A stretch of 64,000 nucleotides of DNA from Octopus sinensis (taxonomy: Eukaryota): the NCBI RefSeq assembly GCF_006345805.1, contig NC_043006.1, forward strand, positions 102,486,001 to 102,550,000. The letters are read 5' to 3'. Shown piece after piece: positions 59,688 to 64,000 of this stretch (the stretch's first letter is position 1; each line of letters starts with the position of its first letter). Position numbers and translations under genes: made by a program. The notes under the pieces are model-generated. The model did no database searches and had not been told where the DNA came from. It saw nothing but the letters and a program-made list of their open reading frames with translations.

Positions 59688-61077
59688 CTTGAAATAACAC
59701 GATGGTGATAATGAACAATCTCTTTATCTTTTGTTCTTACTAATCGAGTCTCCCCCCCACCCCATTTTTATGTTATGCTCTCCCCACCATGCACAATAAC
59801 TACCTTTCATAACAGTATCTTAAATCTGAAAATACAAACTTGTCAAAAAAATGTCCCAAAAAACTGTATTTTGAAATAATCTAGTTCTGGTTATCTAGGT
59901 TCTTATAAGAAATTTGATAATGTCATTAATGATATTCTTACCAAAAAGTAATTTGCATCATTGTAAAAAGTGATTAGAGGGCTAAAAAAACATTCTTATG
60001 CAGGTATATATAAAGAATTTGGATAATTCAAGTATGAATGACAGAGGCGAAAAGAAAGTTCTTGACTGATTAAAATTTCTCTTAGTTGGAGGAAGAAAAC
60101 AAAAAAAAAACCTAGCTGCAAGTCTGAGCTACTTTTAAAGGAAAGGGTAAATAATTTCATGAAATTAAAACTTAATTTTTACAAATATTAATTTTCACGT
60201 TTTCCAATGCTCTAACGATTCCACTAATCCATCTTTCATCCAAAACAAGGTTAAGAATCCTTTCTTACTATAGGCACAAGGCCTTAAAAATTTTGGTGTG
60301 AGGGAGGCTAGTCAATTATGTCTACATTTATTTTATTGTCCCTGGAAGAATGAAAGGTAAAGTTGATCTTGGTGGTATTTGAACTTAGAATGTGAAGCCA
60401 GAAGAAATGCTGCTAAGCATTGTAGCAGATTTAAAACCAAATCACTGAACAGCCAAGCGAAGGCCATGTTGAGTTCACTATTGTTTCACTATTGCTGGCC
60501 AATTAACTGACCAATCAGCAGTGAGCCATGATGTGCTTTGATTGTCTAGCACCTTCTAATGAGCCTTATAGAAGTGGGATATTTGGTGGTAACCTCAGAA
60601 TTTTGAGACTGTTGTTTTAACAACTTCATTCTCATTTTATCCTTTCTCCAGCTGTGCAGTTTGAAAGTTCAAATTTGCCATCGAATTTAACACAATATCT
60701 TCCTAGTTGTGACAACCCAGCCACAGATCTACACATATACCAGCTATTTTATCATAACCCCCAGAGCTGTCTCTCCCAATGTCTGTATAAATTGTTGTCT
60801 TTATTCTTCACCCCATGACCAACAGTCTTCATCCCATGACTAAAAGATTGCTGAATATGTGCAGCAGTAAATAAATCTTCTGTTAATTGTCCATGGGTGT
60901 TGTTTATCATCTTATAAGCACTTTGTTCAATGTGCTAACAAATGCTGCTATAGGCGCAGGGCCTGAAATTTTGGTAGGAGAGAGGCTTGTTGATTACATC
61001 AACCTCGTTGTTCAACTGCTATTTATTTTATCAACCCCAAAAGGATGAAAAGCAAAGAGGTATGTATGAAAGTAAAC

Positions 61078-61108
61078 AGGGAGGAGAATGAGGGAGAGAG
61101 AGAGAGAA

Positions 61109-61141
<33 letters not shown>

Positions 61142-61172
61142 AAGAGAGAGAGAGGGAGAATGAGGGAGAGAG

Positions 61173-61203
<31 letters not shown>

Positions 61204-61205
61204 AA
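61078..61205. repeat. (GA)n/(GAAA)n purine tract
   Basis: Directly visible. Confidence 0.95.
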
Positions 61206-61869
61206 TATAAATGTAAATGTAAAAGAGGGCAGAAAGAATAAATATAAAAATACAAAGGAATGTAAAAGAGGAAGATAAAGAAAAGACAGATGAAGAGGTG
61301 TGGAAAAGAAGCAGAAGAGGAAGGATGATGATAAGTAGGTAGGAAAATGTTAGGTGTGAGACATTCAACAGACAGCAGTGACAATACAGAGAGTATTTAA
61401 TGCATAAAAAAAGAGGAGAAAGTGTAAGATTTATGACTATGTAAGTGTCAGAGGGTAAAGAAGGAGAAAAAAGCAACTAGGACAATGAGGGGAAGATGGG
61501 AATCATATTAAAGTTTATGTGGCAGAAAGAAATGCTCATATAAACCCAAGAATTGATGAAAGAAAGGGAGAGAGAGAGAGAGAGAAACCTATAATTAGAT
61601 AAAGATGGTGGTTGGGAAGTGAACTGGTTTTATGTATATTAGCAGCGTGTAAGTAAGTGATCGCGATTTGGTAACTGCTGCTATCTACGCAACTGCTGTT
61701 GGTAAGAACACTCGCAATGAGATCCCACAGAGTGAACATCGACTGATGGCAGTGATAGCGGCCATGGAAGCGCCGATGGTAAGGGTGGCGGGCAGGCTTC
61801 GGGGACGGAACGGACGAGGATGCGTACAAGATGAGCAGTCAATCGGTGGGCATGAACAGCCTTAAATTT

Positions 61870-63305
61870 CTTAGAAGATGGCAATAAGTGGGATAGAACA
61901 ATGACTGAGGCTTCAGTGTCACACACCAATTTCTTTGAGAGATCTTTTTGCAATTATTCTCCTTAATTGTGAAATAGGCAATCCATTAGCATTGTGGCAC
62001 AAATATAAGAATGATTTATCAGAAGACTGCAAAAATCTAGCACAATTAAGATTCCCTGAGAGGGAAAAAGCATTCAACAATGGCACATATCATTCTTTAT
62101 TGGTTGATATTTAAGATCTACTACTTGATATTGAAGATCGATTTGTCTCAATGGGAGGAGAGGAGCTCAGCAAGTTTGGATTACATGAAACTCATTGAAA
62201 TAACATGAATAATTTCATCACTGAAGTTTTGCAAGAAACTTCATATGATATTGAGTCATTAACAAGATTCCTTGAAGAAAATGTTCTGAAACTCTTGCCA
62301 AATCAACAACTTGCATTTACAATCATTGACCAAGTGATATATAAGAGAGGAGGATTATATTTTTTAGATGCGCCACAAGGAAAATCTTTTGTTACAAATT
62401 TAGTGCTAGCCAAAGTCTGGTAGAAAAAGGAAATAGCCTTAGCTGTAGCAAGCTCTGGAATTGCTGCGACTTTGCTTCCAGGAGGTCGAACACTTCTCAC
62501 AACATTCAAGCTGCCATTCAATCTAACTTCAAATGATGAACTTGTCTGCAATATTAGTAAAAGTTCTTTTTTAGCTCAAGTTCTTTGATCATATGGGATG
62601 AAGCTACAAAGAAATTAGTAGAAGCTGTTGACAAAATGCTGCAGGATTTGCACAGAACCAATTGTTTGATGCAAGGTGTGACAGAAGTACTTTCAAGTGA
62701 TTTCACACGAATTTTGCCTGTGCTTCCCAAGGGAACAAAGGTGGATGAATTGAAAGCATGCTTGAAATCTTCTATTGTATGGAAACATATCAAGGTGTTA
62801 AAGCTTTCTGCAAATATGAGGACACAATTTGTATGGGAATCATCTGTCAGAACAATTTGCCCATACTATTTTTCAACTTGGTGAAGGAAGGCTAGGCATC
62901 AATCATGAAGGTGACTTGATTCCATAAAAAATCTGCAACTTGGTCAGCTCAGTTGAGGAATTTATTGCAAAAGTTTTCTCAAGTATAATTTCAAATTACA
63001 CAAATGTTGCTTGGTTGTGTGAAAGAGCAATCATGGCACCAAAGAAATTTTACTGTGAATAATTTAAATGAAAGATTCAAGAAACTTTTACCAGGAAACG
63101 AACATACTTACAAATTTATAGACTCTGTTGTGGATGAATTGGAAATAGTCAATTACCTGGTTGAGTTCTTAAACTCACTGTAGCCACCAGGAGCTCCTCT
63201 TCATTGCCTTCCATTGAAAATAGGTTCTCCAATTATGCTTCTGCACAACCTTCCTCAACCAAAGCTGGGCAATGCCACAAGACTTGTTGTCAAGAAATTA
63301 ATGAG
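61870..63305 (+). mobile_element. Decayed autonomous Helitron Rep/PIF1-helicase fragment
   Basis: [60 protein letters not shown]; stops and frameshifts. Confidence 0.9.
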
Positions 63306-63309
63306 AAAT

Positions 63310-64000
63310 GTCACACAGGCCACAAGCTTTCCTTGTCTCATCACCATTGTAGCACATTTTGAGAGTCCAGACTCCATCTTAATATCATTGGAAAAAATCC
63401 ACACAGACTGGACTAGGCTGCCTAGTTCTACCTTAGTTTTTGTGAATAGCTTCAGGTCGTCCATGAATAGCAAGTGGTTTAGTTTTCCCTTACCTCTTCC
63501 CAGATCATACCCCAACTTTGTTTTCTGTAGTATTACACTCAAGGGGATCATTCCCAACATGAATATCAGTGGGGACACACTGCCCCTAGAAAATTCCTCT
63601 CTTGATTTTCACCTGTTCTATTACTTGCTTCCATTCTCTGATATTTCATACTATTCCATATAAGGCTTCTCATATTCTCTGCTACTCCATACCTTTAAAT
63701 TGTTCTTATTATCCAGGAGTGTGGTATCATCATATTCTTTGTGATAGTCAACCCATGCCATGCTCAGGTTTCAATGTCTTATCTTGCAGTTCCTGATAAT
63801 CAGTTTATCAATTAAGAGCTGATCCTTCATTCCCTGGATCCCTTTTCTGCACCCTTTCTGTTCAATGGGTAGCAGCCCACTTTTTTCCCAAGTATCTGTA
63901 CAGTTCACGAGCCAAAGCACCTGACATTAGTTTCCACATTAACAGAAGGCATGTTATTGGTCTAAAGTTGGATGCAACATTTCCCCTTTCAGGATCCTTG
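63310..64000 (-). mobile_element. R4/Dong-like LINE reverse transcriptase fragment
   Basis: [13 protein letters not shown] and [12 protein letters not shown]; runs off the window end. Confidence 0.8.

Noticed and set aside
60430-60900. Possible decayed LINE or transposase coding sequence
   Set aside because: Too degenerate to assign; no diagnostic motif recovered.
61012-61476. Leu/Ser/Phe-rich or Glu/Arg-rich ORFs
   Set aside because: Arise from the (GA)n purine tract.

Overview
AT-rich, repeat-dense animal genomic DNA. The SINE, RTE, Penelope and microsatellite repertoire looks Octopus-like (my recognition, not verified by search). Host genes reconstructed by hand from splice sites: (1) the last six coding exons of a plus-strand M3A oligopeptidase-A-like gene (47-10436) whose zinc motif reads SEFGH instead of HEXXH and whose third ligand Glu is His; (2) two complete five-exon minus-strand paralogs of the spermidine/spermine (diamine) N-acetyltransferase (SAT/SSAT, GNAT) family, gene A 16696-30123 (173 aa) and gene B 51174-59687 (174 aa). 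Both paralogs keep intact frames and SAT1-like intron positions but lack the acetyl-CoA P-loop and the catalytic Tyr, and they differ by clustered amino-acid-changing substitutions at the predicted acceptor pocket. They lie in a ~10-11 kb tandem segmental duplication with patchy identity, with relics of further copies. Between them is a nearly intact, young CsRn1-like Ty3/Gypsy element (37829-43697; 4-bp TSD, tRNA-Trp PBS, GGGAAAC slippery site plus predicted pseudoknot). The rest is decayed RTE, R4/Dong-like and CR1-like LINEs, Penelope, mariner, pogo, hAT, Merlin-like and Helitron elements, SINEs, microsatellites and several unique-sequence inverted repeats. No CRISPR array, rRNA or true tRNA gene was found.
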